DNA of 64,000 nucleotides from Myxococcota bacterium. Its GTDB lineage: Bacteria; Myxococcota_C; UBA6777. Positions within the stretch are counted from its first letter, which is position 1; every line of letters starts with the position of its first letter. This document shows positions 48,106-58,765 of this stretch, one piece after another. A model generated the notes under the pieces. The model had not been told where the DNA came from. It searched no databases and was given only the letters and a program-made list of their open reading frames with translations. The DNA lies in NCBI GenBank assembly GCA_023150835.1, contig JAKLKB010000002.1, forward strand, positions 62,001 to 126,000. Reading direction: 5' to 3'. The position numbers and the translations under genes were made by a program.

Positions 48106-51036
48106 ATGTCTGAGTATGCGGCAACCTCTCCAAGTGGCGCTTCGTTATTGAATCAAAAGTTGGGCAAGTGGCATCTTCTGCGCCAGTTGGGCGAAGGGGG
48201 GATGTCGATCGTGTACTTGGGCTATCATCCGCTGCTTGAGCGCAAAGGGGCCGTCAAAGTGATGCGCCCTGAGATGCTCCAAAACAAAGACGTACTCGAA
48301 CGCTTTCGACGCGAAGCACTCGCCACCAACAAGCTCCAACACCCCAACATCATCCAAGTCTACGACTTTGAAGAAGCCCCACAGGTCGGCTATTACATGG
48401 TCTTGGAATACCTCGAAGGCCAAGAGATGGGCGAGATCGCCCCCCAATTCCCCATGCCGATCGATTGGATATTGGGCGTCTTTGAGCAAGTCTGCGCCGG
48501 CCTTGCGGCCACCCACAAAGCAGGCATCATCCACCGCGATCTCAAACCCTCCAATATCTTTCTTCTACCCCACCAACCCCACCCACGCGCCAAGATCCTC
48601 GACTTTGGGATCGCCAAACAACAAAAAGTCGACCACCAACTCACCCGCACAGGCACGATCATGGGTACGCCAGCCTATCTCGCGCCCGAACAGATGATCT
48701 CCCAAAAAGACCTTCCCAACGCCCAAAGCGCCGATATCTACGCCATCGGCGTGATCTTGTACCAAGTCCTCACAGGCAAACTTCCGATCGAACGCGAAAA
48801 CTTACTCGAATTCCTCTACGCCATCGCCAGCGAAGAACCCGCCAAGATCGGCCATTTTCGCCCCGAACTCAAAGGTTCTCTGCTCGAAAAACTCGTCGCA
48901 CGCATCCTGCTCAAAGATCCTACAGCGCGCCCGCAAACCATGGAAGACCTCTGGGCTGAACTCGAAAAAGCCGGAAAACGCTTCCAAGATCCCCTCCAAG
49001 GCACAAAGTCGATCCCTCCCATCCGCATCCCTGAACCCTTCCCGTTGCCGTCTTCCGCTGAGTTACTCACCCCTCCCCCGATCAGCCTTGCTCAACCGTT
49101 GCCCACCCCTTCGCCTGCGTTTCAACCCCCCCCTTCCACCCCCAAAGCCACCCCCACACCCCGACAAGCCCTTCCTACGGGCTTTCTCGAAGAACCTCTC
49201 GAACGTGCCTCGACCATGGCCTTCGAGGACACTTCCACCAACGACCTCCGCCCCAAAGCCGACGCAGCACAACGCGATATCTCCACACACACGCCTCAAA
49301 GCCCCTTCGCAAGCCCCTCTCCACACACTCCCCCCTCGTTGCAAGAAGACGAAACGACCGCCTCTCCTTCCCACGCAGCCCACGAACACGACACCCAACG
49401 CATCGATCTACCTCAAAAACGCCGCCGCCAAACAGTATTTTTGGGCTTTGCTGTGTTGGTGTTGGTGGTCAGCGGCTGGTTTGGATGGGGCCGATTTCAT
49501 CCTGCGGTGACATCCACGCAAACGCCCGTCGTTTCGCACCCGATCACACCACCGCCACCCCGCCGTTCTTTTCTCGATGGCCTGCTTGCCGAGGCGGGCG
49601 ATGCTTTTCGCCAGAAAAATTATCAAAAAGCTGTTGCGCTGTGGAAACGTGCGCTTGATGACAAGCGCCTCGATCCCAAACAGCAAGGCAAGCTCTACCG
49701 AGGCATCGGTTTGGCGATGGTTCGAGACAACAAAAACGACGCTGCGATGCGGTATTATCGACTCTACCTACAAGCCCCTGACAGCGAAGAGGCCGAAGAT
49801 GCCAAAGAACGCGCCCGAGTCCGCGAAGAAGTCTTGCCCCAAATGGAGCGCGATTTCAAAAACCGTATGGCCGAAGCCGAGCGCTTGATGATCCAACTCA
49901 AGCGCCACGCTCGCGCCAAAAAACTCGCCGCAATGAAGGAGACGTACGCGCAGATCCAAGCCATCCTCCCCACCACCCCCTCCGTTCACGCACAAGTCGC
50001 TCAACAGCTCGCTCCCCTCTTGCCCTACCATGCCCTGACCCTTTACGACCACATATCCGACAAGATGACGTTGACTCCCAAAGAATTCGAACGCTTCAAA
50101 GCGCACGCGAAGACCCTGCGTGAGAGCCTCGAAAAACGCGAAAACGCCCTTGCCAAGGTCTTTCAAAAAGCCTTCGCCATGCTACCCAAATCAAAAAAAC
50201 ATCAGGCCGCTCAAGCCATGCTTCTTCGAGAGTTCCGCAAAGCACCGATACTCGGGTTCCAACATCCAAAGCTCGCCGCACACCTAGACGAACTCATCCA
50301 CAAATCGCCCAAGATCGCAGACGCCTTGTTGCGTGAGTGGCACACCCAACAAAGCAAGATCGAAAAGAACGGTGCCTTGGCTTGGAAAGAACAAGCCCCC
50401 AACCCTTACACCGACAGCGCACAACTCCAACAACGGCGCGGACAGCTCTCCCAACTCAGCAAACTCCTCGCGCTGCGCCAACAGATGCGCGAGGCTTTAC
50501 ACAAACTCTCTGCCAACGACTCGATCGCGCTCTATTCGTCGTTTCGCAAACAATGGAACCGCGCAGAGGCTGACCCCTTCAAAGATCGTCCTCGCTTCTT
50601 TCCCCGACTCAACGCCTACACCACACTCCCCGACGCCATCGACGTGATGTGGAAAAGCCACAAACAACTGCTCCGCAACCGCGACGAAGGCGCTTTCCGT
50701 ACCTTTGCCCAAGAAGCTGCTCGCCTTCGCGGCCTCCTCCAACAACACGCCTCTTTTCTTGCTGTGCTGTATTCCCCCGCCCTGCTCAAACATTGGCGCA
50801 ACGAGATCCATCGCCTCGAAAAGATCTGCAAACAAGGGCAAGAGCTTCTGCACACAGGTGGCGTTCTGCTCCAAAAACAGCGATGGCTCCAAGCCGAAGA
50901 ACGCTTTACGGCCTTCCAAAAGCTTTTCCCCCAATACATCCGCATCGACTGGCTCAACAAACAGATCCGCACCTGCCAATGCGCACGCGGTGTGACGTGG
51001 GTCTCTTGTGACGATATCCAGATCAAAAAACCTTGA
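48106..51036 (+). CDS. Membrane Ser/Thr protein kinase with extracytoplasmic TPR-like region
   Basis: LGEGGMSIVY, HRDLKPSN, DFG and GTPAYLAPEQ; Pro-rich linker; TM; TPR-like helices. Confidence 0.95.
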   Translation: MSEYAATSPSGASLLNQKLGKWHLLRQLGEGGMSIVYLGYHPLLERKGAVKVMRPEMLQNKDVLERFRREALATNKLQHPNIIQVYDFEEAPQVGYYMVLEYLEGQEMGEIAPQFPMPIDWILGVFEQVCAGLAATHKAGIIHRDLKPSNIFLLPHQPHPRAKILDFGIAKQQKVDHQLTRTGTIMGTPAYLAPEQMISQKDLPNAQSADIYAIGVILYQVLTGKLPIERENLLEFLYAIASEEPAKIGHFRPELKGSLLEKLVARILLKDPTARPQTMEDLWAELEKAGKRFQDPLQGTKSIPPIRIPEPFPLPSSAELLTPPPISLAQPLPTPSPAFQPPPSTPKATPTPRQALPTGFLEEPLERASTMAFEDTSTNDLRPKADAAQRDISTHTPQSPFASPSPHTPPSLQEDETTASPSHAAHEHDTQRIDLPQKRRRQTVFLGFAVLVLVVSGWFGWGRFHPAVTSTQTPVVSHPITPPPPRRSFLDGLLAEAGDAFRQKNYQKAVALWKRALDDKRLDPKQQGKLYRGIGLAMVRDNKNDAAMRYYRLYLQAPDSEEAEDAKERARVREEVLPQMERDFKNRMAEAERLMIQLKRHARAKKLAAMKETYAQIQAILPTTPSVHAQVAQQLAPLLPYHALTLYDHISDKMTLTPKEFERFKAHAKTLRESLEKRENALAKVFQKAFAMLPKSKKHQAAQAMLLREFRKAPILGFQHPKLAAHLDELIHKSPKIADALLREWHTQQSKIEKNGALAWKEQAPNPYTDSAQLQQRRGQLSQLSKLLALRQQMREALHKLSANDSIALYSSFRKQWNRAEADPFKDRPRFFPRLNAYTTLPDAIDVMWKSHKQLLRNRDEGAFRTFAQEAARLRGLLQQHASFLAVLYSPALLKHWRNEIHRLEKICKQGQELLHTGGVLLQKQRWLQAEERFTAFQKLFPQYIRIDWLNKQIRTCQCARGVTWVSCDDIQIKKP

Positions 51037-51055
51037 GACGAATTCTGGGGCGAAC

Positions 51056-52222
51056 TCAGACCATCGTGTCTTCGATATCGAGACCGGAGGCTTTGACACC
51101 GCTGACATGGTAATGGGAGGAATTGAGGAAGCTTTCAAAGATGGTGAGAAAAGCAAGAGCAGCTTCGATCATCAGTTCTTTGTCGTCTTGCATTTTTTTG
51201 AGCATGGCTTTGCGGGTCTTGCTGTCGGGATGATCGAAGCGATCCTTAAACAGACCATCGAGTTTGTGGCCGCGTTGTGAGGAGGTGATGCGGTTGATAC
51301 CGCCGCCGTAGCAGTATTCCATCGCGTCCATCAGCAGGTGACGTTGCTTGATCGGATCGACGAGTTGGTAGTTGAGGATCTGGCTGAGGATGCGCCCGGA
51401 CTCTTGGATGCTTGCGGAAGCGAGGGCATCAAAGAGGCGTCGTGCGGTCAAAGTTTCGGAGTCAAGGGAGTAATTGCGCACAAGGGTTAAGAAGACAGCA
51501 TTTTTAAACATCTGGTAGAGTCGGTGGGCTTCATCCATTTGACCGGGAGCAGGGGGAGGTGTGAGCGTTTGACGGCGATCGGCTTTACGCAAGAACAAGA
51601 CATCGAAGATCAGTCGGAAGTATTCGTCGTTTCCTTCGTCGACCACGCGAAGATCGTAGGTATTGTCGAGTCGATCGGCGAGTTTTACCCAGATCAGTTC
51701 GGGGGTATGGCGGGCCTGCATCAAGAGGCGTCCGAGATATTCGTGGTATTGTTCTTCGGGGCGTTTGGTCAGCCACTTGATGCGCTCGTCGAGAAACCAA
51801 CGTTCTTCTTCGCTGAGTTGTTGTTGGAGCATCTCGTAGCGCCATTCGAGTTCTTGGCGTTGTTCGCTGTCCATCTCGGGGGTGAAGATATCTTCGTAAT
51901 AGTCGTGTAAGAAAGCAGTCAGCGTATCAAGGACAGTCGGGGTTTCAGAAGCCAAGACAAGAAGGTGTGAGGCGCGGAGGGGATGCAAGACAGCGAGCGG
52001 CCCCAAGCGGCGGAGGCGATTGCGATAGGCACGCAACAAAAAAGAGATGCCCGAAGAGAGCGCTTCCATCGAGCCTTGCAAGCGGCGGCGAGCCACCAAA
52101 CGCCCCATCAACGCTTCGATCGAGGGGTCTTTGGCGGCGAGCAGATAATTGATGCGAGCGGAAAGGCTCAAGAAGTCCTCGACAGAAAGGACTTGAAAGG
52201 GTTCATTTGAGGGATGATGCAT
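51056..52222 (-). CDS. HD-domain protein resembling RelA/SpoT-type hydrolases, with a long C-terminal extension
   Basis: HPLRA, AFLHDYYED and VKLADRLDNTYDL motifs. Confidence 0.6.
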   Translation of the reverse strand: MHHPSNEPFQVLSVEDFLSLSARINYLLAAKDPSIEALMGRLVARRRLQGSMEALSSGISFLLRAYRNRLRRLGPLAVLHPLRASHLLVLASETPTVLDTLTAFLHDYYEDIFTPEMDSEQRQELEWRYEMLQQQLSEEERWFLDERIKWLTKRPEEQYHEYLGRLLMQARHTPELIWVKLADRLDNTYDLRVVDEGNDEYFRLIFDVLFLRKADRRQTLTPPPAPGQMDEAHRLYQMFKNAVFLTLVRNYSLDSETLTARRLFDALASASIQESGRILSQILNYQLVDPIKQRHLLMDAMEYCYGGGINRITSSQRGHKLDGLFKDRFDHPDSKTRKAMLKKMQDDKELMIEAALAFLTIFESFLNSSHYHVSGVKASGLDIEDTMV

Positions 52223-52294
52223 GGCGAGCTCCTGTGGGCATACAGCGCATGGCAAGGCGTTATGATGCGCAAGCCCCACAGCGACGTCAAGCAC

Positions 52295-53287
52295 CTATGC
52301 ACGCGTCTCGGCTTTGCGTAATTGTTGCAACAAGGCCGTCAGATCGGGCGGAAAGGGAGCCTCGATCTCGATGGCTTGTTGGGTCACAGGGTGCATAAAG
52401 CGCAAACGAAGGGCATGAAGGGCAAGGCGCTTGGATTCGGGGATCGGGAAACTAGGAAGCTTTCCACGGATGCGGCAGGCTTTGGCGTAAACCTTATCAC
52501 CGAGCAAAGGGCATCCCGCTTCGCTGAGATGGATACGGATCTGATGGGTGCGACCCGTCTCAAGGCGACAAGCGATCAAGGTTGCGTGCGCAAAGCGCTC
52601 CAAACAAGTGACGTGCGTGATCGCCTCTTTGGCATCGCGCCGTACGGCCTCGATCTCAGGAACAGAACCACGATAGCTATCCCCGCGATCTTCGGCGATC
52701 CACGAGCGGATCGTCCCATCCGTCGGGTGTCCTGCGACGATCGCACGATATTCGCGTTGGGCTTGATGGCTCACAAACTGCTCTTTGAGGGCGTCTTTGA
52801 TCTCTCGGCTGCGCGCAAAGATCATCACCCCGCTGCTGTCTTTGTCGAGCCGATGGACCAGAAACAACGGGTCTTTGGCGCGCCCTTTTCGGATATGTTG
52901 CAACGCACCACGCGTCAACATCTCTGCGCTCGGTTCTCCCGCTTGCTCGGCATAAGCATACGAAAGAAGATCGGTGGGTTTGTCGATCACCACCAAGTGT
53001 TCGTCCACAAACAACAGCCTTGCAGGATCGAGTTCTCCAGTCAAAACGCGGCGTGGCGTACTCATGCGTACCTGCAAGATATCCCCGTGTTTCGGGCGCG
53101 ATGCAGGATCCTCCACGCGCTCGTCGTCCAGATAGACCTTGCCACTCCACACCAGTCTTCGTGCAGCGTTCCAGCTTAGTGTCGTGGGCGCATAACGCCG
53201 CAACAAGGCCGCGATCGTTTCTTCGCGATCTTCTGTCGTGATCGGATGCGACCATTGATCGGGTTGATTTGCCGTTGTATCGGTCAC
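52295..53287 (-). CDS. RluA/RluD family pseudouridine synthase
   Basis: S4-like N-terminus, VIDKP, VHRLDKDSSG, TGRTHQIRIH and LALHA; AAGGAG RBS before GTG 53287. Confidence 0.95.
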   Translation of the reverse strand: MTDTTANQPDQWSHPITTEDREETIAALLRRYAPTTLSWNAARRLVWSGKVYLDDERVEDPASRPKHGDILQVRMSTPRRVLTGELDPARLLFVDEHLVVIDKPTDLLSYAYAEQAGEPSAEMLTRGALQHIRKGRAKDPLFLVHRLDKDSSGVMIFARSREIKDALKEQFVSHQAQREYRAIVAGHPTDGTIRSWIAEDRGDSYRGSVPEIEAVRRDAKEAITHVTCLERFAHATLIACRLETGRTHQIRIHLSEAGCPLLGDKVYAKACRIRGKLPSFPIPESKRLALHALRLRFMHPVTQQAIEIEAPFPPDLTALLQQLRKAETRA

Positions 53288-53492
53288 TTGTCGATTCTCC
53301 TTTAGCTCTTGCGGTATGCTGTCGCCCAAAACGCCGGATTTGGGCTTGTGTACGACGAGTTGTTTTTCCAGCGACCTGACGCGCCGTTTTTGGGCTTGTG
53401 TACGGCGGTCCAAGATTGTATGTTGCAGGGCGCGTTTTGAAAAGCCACCTATCCCCGAGCGCATCGGACTTTGCGCGCACAAGAGAGAGGGC

Positions 53493-54581
53493 ATGATGCC
53501 CATGCACAACACCTTGCACCCTTCGCCATCCAATCCAGCCCCGTTTTTGCCCTCCGAACGAAAGGTCGTGGATGCTGTGATGGAGATGTTGTGCAAAGAA
53601 GATCCCGCAGCCTACGCCATCCTGCTGCAAGGTGAAGGGCGCTTGATACGTCTGAGCCTGCTTTTACGAGATTATCCATCGCTGCGTTCTCAAGAAGATC
53701 TCGGCCCCTATCACCGCGACACGGACAGCTTGATCGACACGTTGTGTTATCTCGATCCGCTCGAACTCAAACTACGGATGCCGAGCAAGGCTGTTCTGGT
53801 CGAAAGCTATATGCTCACCAAAGCCCAACACCTCAAAGGTTTGTTGTTGTCGGTGCATGGGCTTCCACCGACCGAGCGACGCAACGCCTTGCGCAGCGCG
53901 TTATTTTTCGAAGTGAGCAACATCATCCACACGTATCTGCTGTATCAGTTGTTGTTGGATGTGATCCTTGACGAACATCTGGATCGAGAGATCAAGCGCC
54001 ATTCTGCGCGTTATTTGATCGCGTTGTGGGACACCTGCGCCGCCCAAGAAGAGCTATCGGGTTTTTTCCACATCATCCGCTCGCTGTGGGACGCACGCAT
54101 CCATATCCGCGTTCGCTACGGCACCTTGCTTGGCACCGACGAACTGCTTCAGCTACTCGAAGCCGAATGCGATCCGTTGATCCTCGAACACTTTATGGAT
54201 CGCGATCTCTCCGAAGAAGAAGCCGCAGCTTTTCAAGAGTTTTTGTTTGGCTTGACCTATGAAGAACTCTTGCGCTTGCGCGACACCATGAAAAGCCAAG
54301 GCATGCGCGTGATCTCCTCGCAAGAAGTATCACAGATGCTTTCGCTGCCCAAACCCACCCAAAGCCACTACTTCGGAATGGAACAAGATCCCCACGAAGT
54401 GTATCGCTCTTACAAGCGACGGCGTTTTCAAGCCCGTTATCGGCTCAAAAACAGCCTCGAAGGACCTCGACGCACAGCCGAAGAATACTTGGTCTTGTGG
54501 ATCTTGCGCGATCACACGGAAGGTGCGAGGTCAAGCCAAGAGATCGCTGTGCCGTTGGTGCGCGATCTCGATCCGTCTTGA
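53493..54581 (+). CDS. Hypothetical helical protein
   Basis: Globular-looking ORF of about 360 aa with normal codon usage, divergent from the RluA gene; no motif recognised. Confidence 0.7.
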   Translation: MMPMHNTLHPSPSNPAPFLPSERKVVDAVMEMLCKEDPAAYAILLQGEGRLIRLSLLLRDYPSLRSQEDLGPYHRDTDSLIDTLCYLDPLELKLRMPSKAVLVESYMLTKAQHLKGLLLSVHGLPPTERRNALRSALFFEVSNIIHTYLLYQLLLDVILDEHLDREIKRHSARYLIALWDTCAAQEELSGFFHIIRSLWDARIHIRVRYGTLLGTDELLQLLEAECDPLILEHFMDRDLSEEEAAAFQEFLFGLTYEELLRLRDTMKSQGMRVISSQEVSQMLSLPKPTQSHYFGMEQDPHEVYRSYKRRRFQARYRLKNSLEGPRRTAEEYLVLWILRDHTEGARSSQEIAVPLVRDLDPS

Positions 54582-54684
54582 AGAGGAAAGAAGGGAAGGT
54601 ATGCGAAGCAAACGCGAGCCACAAAAGCGATCGGGCGATGCGATCAAGGCAGGTCGTGATCATGGGGGGCGTCAAGAGGCAGGC

Positions 54685-54951
54685 TTAGGCTTGGGCGTGA
54701 TGAACCAACTTCATCAGGCGGGAGATGTAGCGGGAAGCCGTGTTCTTGTGGATGATGCCTTTCGAGGCGACGTGGCCGATCATCTTGACGGCAGCTTGCA
54801 GGTTGCCCTTGGCGGCGTCGAGGTTGCGTTCACTGACGGATTTGCGTACTTTTTTGATGGCTGTACGCATGGTGGATTTCCAGTAGCGATTGCGCGCACG
54901 GCGCTTGATGTTTTGACGCAATCGTTTCAAGGCAGACTTGCAGTTGGCCAT
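54685..54951 (-). CDS. rpsT: 30S ribosomal protein S20
   Basis: MANCKSALKRLRQ...KGIIHKNTASR. Confidence 0.97.
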   Translation of the reverse strand: MANCKSALKRLRQNIKRRARNRYWKSTMRTAIKKVRKSVSERNLDAAKGNLQAAVKMIGHVASKGIIHKNTASRYISRLMKLVHHAQA

Positions 54952-55151
54952 GTTCTCGCTTCTCCGATCTTGTTTTTCTCACGCCCTTGCAAGCGGGGCT
55001 TGTGGGGGAGTGTTTTTTCTTTTTTCGTACGCTGATCTTGTGCAACACAAATAAGGTACACTCGGGAGGCAGGTTTTTACCAGCCTCTTCCAAAGATGTC
55101 AAGCGAAAAGGCACGTTGGTTTGTTTTCAAGGCAAAGGAGCGCTCCCCACC

Positions 55152-55847
55152 ATGTTCAAACGTCCCTTCCAACCCAAGAACCTTTGGTTTTTTGCACCCC
55201 CACCGCTCGCATCAAAACCATCGCAGCTATCGAGAGTATCGCGCTTGTATCGCGCTCACCACCCGAACACCCAAGGAGGATTCGGGCTGATCGAAGTCGT
55301 CCTGTCGATCGCCATCGTCGGTGTTCTGCTCGGGATCGCGATCCCTGTGGGCCGCCATTATGGCCGACTCTCTAGGAGTTCCGAGGCTGTAACCAATCTA
55401 GGCCGTCTGTTTGCGGGTTCTCGCAACTATTACGAGCGATCCATACGCACTCCACTTGGGAAAGAACTCAAAAAGCGACACTTTCCCTCTACCGCCAAAA
55501 GCCGCCAAAAAGAAGGCGATTTTGCAGCCAAACCTGCCGGGATGCCATGCAGCCTCGGTAGTGCCCAATATCCCGCGGCTTCGACCGCGTGGAACGAAGC
55601 GGACGAGCCTTGGCGAGATCTCGGCTTTTCCATCGAAAGCGCTCATTTCTTCCGCTACTTGTACGCATCAGAACTCAGTTGCACCAACAGCGCACTCGTC
55701 AAAGGCCAAGCCTGCTTTCATGCCCAAGCCCAAGGAGACCTCGATTGCAACGGCGTCCGAAGTTTTTACTCTCTTCACGGCGGATTCGATCAAATGAGCG
55801 GCGACGTGGTGCGGGGTTCCATTCTTGTGCATCGACGGGGCGAATGA
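55152..55847 (+). CDS. Type IV pilin-like protein
   Basis: G/FGLIEV prepilin cleavage motif, hydrophobic helix, SEAVTNL and AQGDLDCNG. Confidence 0.8.
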   Translation: MFKRPFQPKNLWFFAPPPLASKPSQLSRVSRLYRAHHPNTQGGFGLIEVVLSIAIVGVLLGIAIPVGRHYGRLSRSSEAVTNLGRLFAGSRNYYERSIRTPLGKELKKRHFPSTAKSRQKEGDFAAKPAGMPCSLGSAQYPAASTAWNEADEPWRDLGFSIESAHFFRYLYASELSCTNSALVKGQACFHAQAQGDLDCNGVRSFYSLHGGFDQMSGDVVRGSILVHRRGE

Positions 55848-56005
55848 ACGTACACAGCAATCGGACATTCTATGGGTTTGTTCGTTGGGGCGGTGGGTGC
55901 TTGAGACTCGACGGGTGGAGAGGCAACAAGCAGCGAGCAGACACGTTGTTGATTTGAGCGTTGGGGCATCGGGATACGCACAAAGATCGGATGTTGCGGT
56001 TGGCG

Positions 56006-56473
56006 CTATCGTCGACGTTGGAGAGCTTGCGCGATCTGACGTTGTGCTTCGCGTTTTGCGATATCTTGGCGTTGATCGTGTAGCTTCTTTCCTTTGCAAA
56101 GACCGAGATCGACTTTGACCCACGAACCTTGGAAATAAAAACGCAACGGGATCAACGTGTACCCTTCGAGGCGGGCTTCTTGAGCGAGCCGAAGGATCTG
56201 TCGTTTGTGCAACAAGAGCTTGCGGGGGCGCTCGGGATCGTGGTTAAAGCGATTTCCTTGGAGGTATTCTTTGATGTGTACGCTGTGGAGCCACATCTCG
56301 CCGTCTTCGACAGAAGCATACGCATCCGTAAAGTTGATCTGCCCCATCCGTAGGGATTTGACCTCGGTCCCGGTGAGTTGAATCCCTACTTCCAAGGTTT
56401 CTTCGACGGTATAATTGTGCCGTGCGCGTCGATTTTCCGCGATCAGGCGTTCTTTGGTCGTGCCTTTGGCCAT
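56006..56473 (-). CDS. smpB: SsrA-binding protein SmpB
   Basis: NRRARHNY, GIQLTGTEVKSLR, RKLLLHK and GKKLHDQR. Confidence 0.97.
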   Translation of the reverse strand: MAKGTTKERLIAENRRARHNYTVEETLEVGIQLTGTEVKSLRMGQINFTDAYASVEDGEMWLHSVHIKEYLQGNRFNHDPERPRKLLLHKRQILRLAQEARLEGYTLIPLRFYFQGSWVKVDLGLCKGKKLHDQRQDIAKREAQRQIAQALQRRR

Positions 56474-56607
56474 CTCTTCTGTTCCTTCAAAGTTGATCAT
56501 TTCTGATCGACCAAGTGTGATTCGCTCTCCGTTGATGCTCCGTCCCCGATGGGATAGAGATGCAACTCTCGAACGCATCGCGCTTTGCCTGCGCGCTCCG
56601 ACAACGA

Positions 56608-57489
56608 TCAAACCGAAGCAGGGGGAAGTCCACACGCTCCGCCAAGCGGAGCATTGTCGATCAATCGAGCGCGTCCCAAATAGGCCGCCACAAACAGCCG
56701 ATCTTCGGACTTAACCGCGCCTTCGACAGTATGTAATCCCACAGGATCGCGCACTTCCACATAATCGATCTCGATCCCTGAGATCGATTCGAGGATCGCA
56801 CGCGCAACCCCAAGCAAGTGCTTTGCATCACGCTCTCCTGCGGCAAAACGCAAACGCGCCTCCGTGAGCGCACGACTCAAGGCGCGTGCAGACATCCGTT
56901 GATCGGGATCAAGGTAAGCATTCCGCGAGGACATCGCCAAACCATCGGCTTCTCGAACGATCGGCCCACCAAGCACCTCCACAGGAAATCGCAGATCCCG
57001 CACCATCTGTCGGATCGCCACCAGTTGTTGAAAATCTTTCTCTCCAAAGATCGCGATATCGGGCTGAACGATCAAAAAAAGCTTGCAAACCACCGTCGTC
57101 ACGCCTCGAAAGTGGATCGGGCGGCTCACACCACACAGCGGCTGGGTGACTTCCATCACTTCGACAAAAGTCTGCGCACCTTGCGGATACATCGCTTCGA
57201 CCGAAGGAACAAACACCAACGCCTCTCCCACACTTCGGATCTTCGCCAGATCTCCCGCAAGATCACGCGGGTATGCGCTCAGATCTTCGGAAGGACCGAA
57301 CTGTGTGGGGTTAACAAAGATGCTCACAACCAGCCGATCACAACAAGCCAGCGCCTGCCGCATCAAAGACAAATGCCCCTCGTGTAAGTAGCCCATCGTT
57401 GGGACAAAACCGATCCGCTTGCCTTCTCGACGCCACGTCGCAACCTGCGACCGAACTTCTGCGATCTCTTGCACAACCCTCGAATCCAT
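56608..57489 (-). CDS. panC: Pantoate-beta-alanine ligase
   Basis: VPTMGYLHEGH, SIFVNPTQF, FGEKDFQQ, GLAMSSRN and RLIDN. Confidence 0.97.
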   Translation of the reverse strand: MDSRVVQEIAEVRSQVATWRREGKRIGFVPTMGYLHEGHLSLMRQALACCDRLVVSIFVNPTQFGPSEDLSAYPRDLAGDLAKIRSVGEALVFVPSVEAMYPQGAQTFVEVMEVTQPLCGVSRPIHFRGVTTVVCKLFLIVQPDIAIFGEKDFQQLVAIRQMVRDLRFPVEVLGGPIVREADGLAMSSRNAYLDPDQRMSARALSRALTEARLRFAAGERDAKHLLGVARAILESISGIEIDYVEVRDPVGLHTVEGAVKSEDRLFVAAYLGRARLIDNAPLGGACGLPPASV

Positions 57490-57547
57490 CACCCACAACC
57501 TTTCCACCACAACACGCCGAGATCCATCGACAAGCCACTCCTGTCTA

Positions 57548-58765
57548 TCAAAAGAAGGAGTGCTCGGATCGCGGAAACTCCGCCTGTTTCACCTCGTCGC
57601 GATAAGTCTGCACGGCCTCGGAGATCGAGGTAAACAGATCAGCATAATGCTTGACAAATCGCGGCTTAAAATCAGGGGACATCCCCAAGAGATCGTAGAT
57701 CACCAACACTTGTCCGTCACATTCAACGCCCGCACCGATCCCGATCGTCGGGATCGACAGAGACGCCGTAATCTCCGAAGCCAGCGCCGCAGGAATCCCC
57801 TCCAGCACAATCGAACACACCCCCGCCTCTTGCAACGCGATCGCGCTGCGTTTGATCGCCTGTGCTTGTTCAGGCGCACGCCCCTGCACGACAAAACCGC
57901 CCATCGCATGGACACTTTGGGGTGTCAACCCAAGATGCCCCACCACCGGGATCCCCGCACGAACCAACGCCGCGATCTGCGGGACGACTTCTTCTCCGCC
58001 CTCCAACTTCACCGCATGCGCACCGCCTTCTTTCACCAATCGCCCAGCGCTTTCCAACGCTTGCGCTGGTGAGATCTGGTAGCTCATAAACGGCAGATCT
58101 CCCACCACCATCGCCCGCTTGGTCCCTCGCGCAACGCAACGTGTGTGGTAGATCATCTCGTCCAACGTCACCGACAAGGTGTTCTCCTGCCCCTGCACCA
58201 CCATCCCCAACGAATCGCCCACCAACAACATCTCGATGCCCGCCTCATCCAACAACCGCGCAAAGGTCGCATCATAGGCGGTCAACATCGTCAGCTTTTC
58301 GCCTCGCTGCTTCATCTCGCGCAGCGTTCGCACCGTGATCTTTCGCGGCTTTTTCGCAGGCTCGGCAGGACGCGGTATGGAAAGCGGGCGCTCCGCCTGA
58401 GGCACGTGTTCCGCATGCAAGCCCCCCTGCTCTTCGGCCTCAGGGGCCTCCATCCGCGCCAGAGCAGCCCCTTCTCGCAGAGAAGTCGAACGACGTTGAG
58501 ACGATGATGTGTGTAAAACCCGCAGCGTGGGAACCGAGTGTATCGCTGATGACTGCACATTTGTTTTCAGCCCAACTCGCGTCTCAGAGCGCGCCTCAGA
58601 GCGCATCTCAGAGCGCATCTCAGGGCGCATCTCAGGGCGCATCTCAGCTTGTGCGTTGGGGGGGTGGGGGGAGGCGGCGAAAGCATCGGAAGAATGGGAG
58701 GTGGGTGAGTGAAGAGCGAGGCTTTGTTGTTCTTTCTCTTCGATCAATCCGTGACGACCGTACAT
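57548..58765 (-). CDS. panB: 3-methyl-2-oxobutanoate hydroxymethyltransferase with a long N-terminal extension
   Basis: [27 protein letters not shown] and TIGIGAG; AAGGAG RBS at the far upstream ATG. Confidence 0.95.
   Translation of the reverse strand: MYGRHGLIEEKEQQSLALHSPTSHSSDAFAASPHPPNAQAEMRPEMRPEMRSEMRSEARSETRVGLKTNVQSSAIHSVPTLRVLHTSSSQRRSTSLREGAALARMEAPEAEEQGGLHAEHVPQAERPLSIPRPAEPAKKPRKITVRTLREMKQRGEKLTMLTAYDATFARLLDEAGIEMLLVGDSLGMVVQGQENTLSVTLDEMIYHTRCVARGTKRAMVVGDLPFMSYQISPAQALESAGRLVKEGGAHAVKLEGGEEVVPQIAALVRAGIPVVGHLGLTPQSVHAMGGFVVQGRAPEQAQAIKRSAIALQEAGVCSIVLEGIPAALASEITASLSIPTIGIGAGVECDGQVLVIYDLLGMSPDFKPRFVKHYADLFTSISEAVQTYRDEVKQAEFPRSEHSFF

Noticed and set aside
55850-56005. tmRNA (ssrA) next to smpB
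   Set aside because: No tRNA-like GGGG 5' end or T-arm/CCA 3' end is visible, and the gap is too short.
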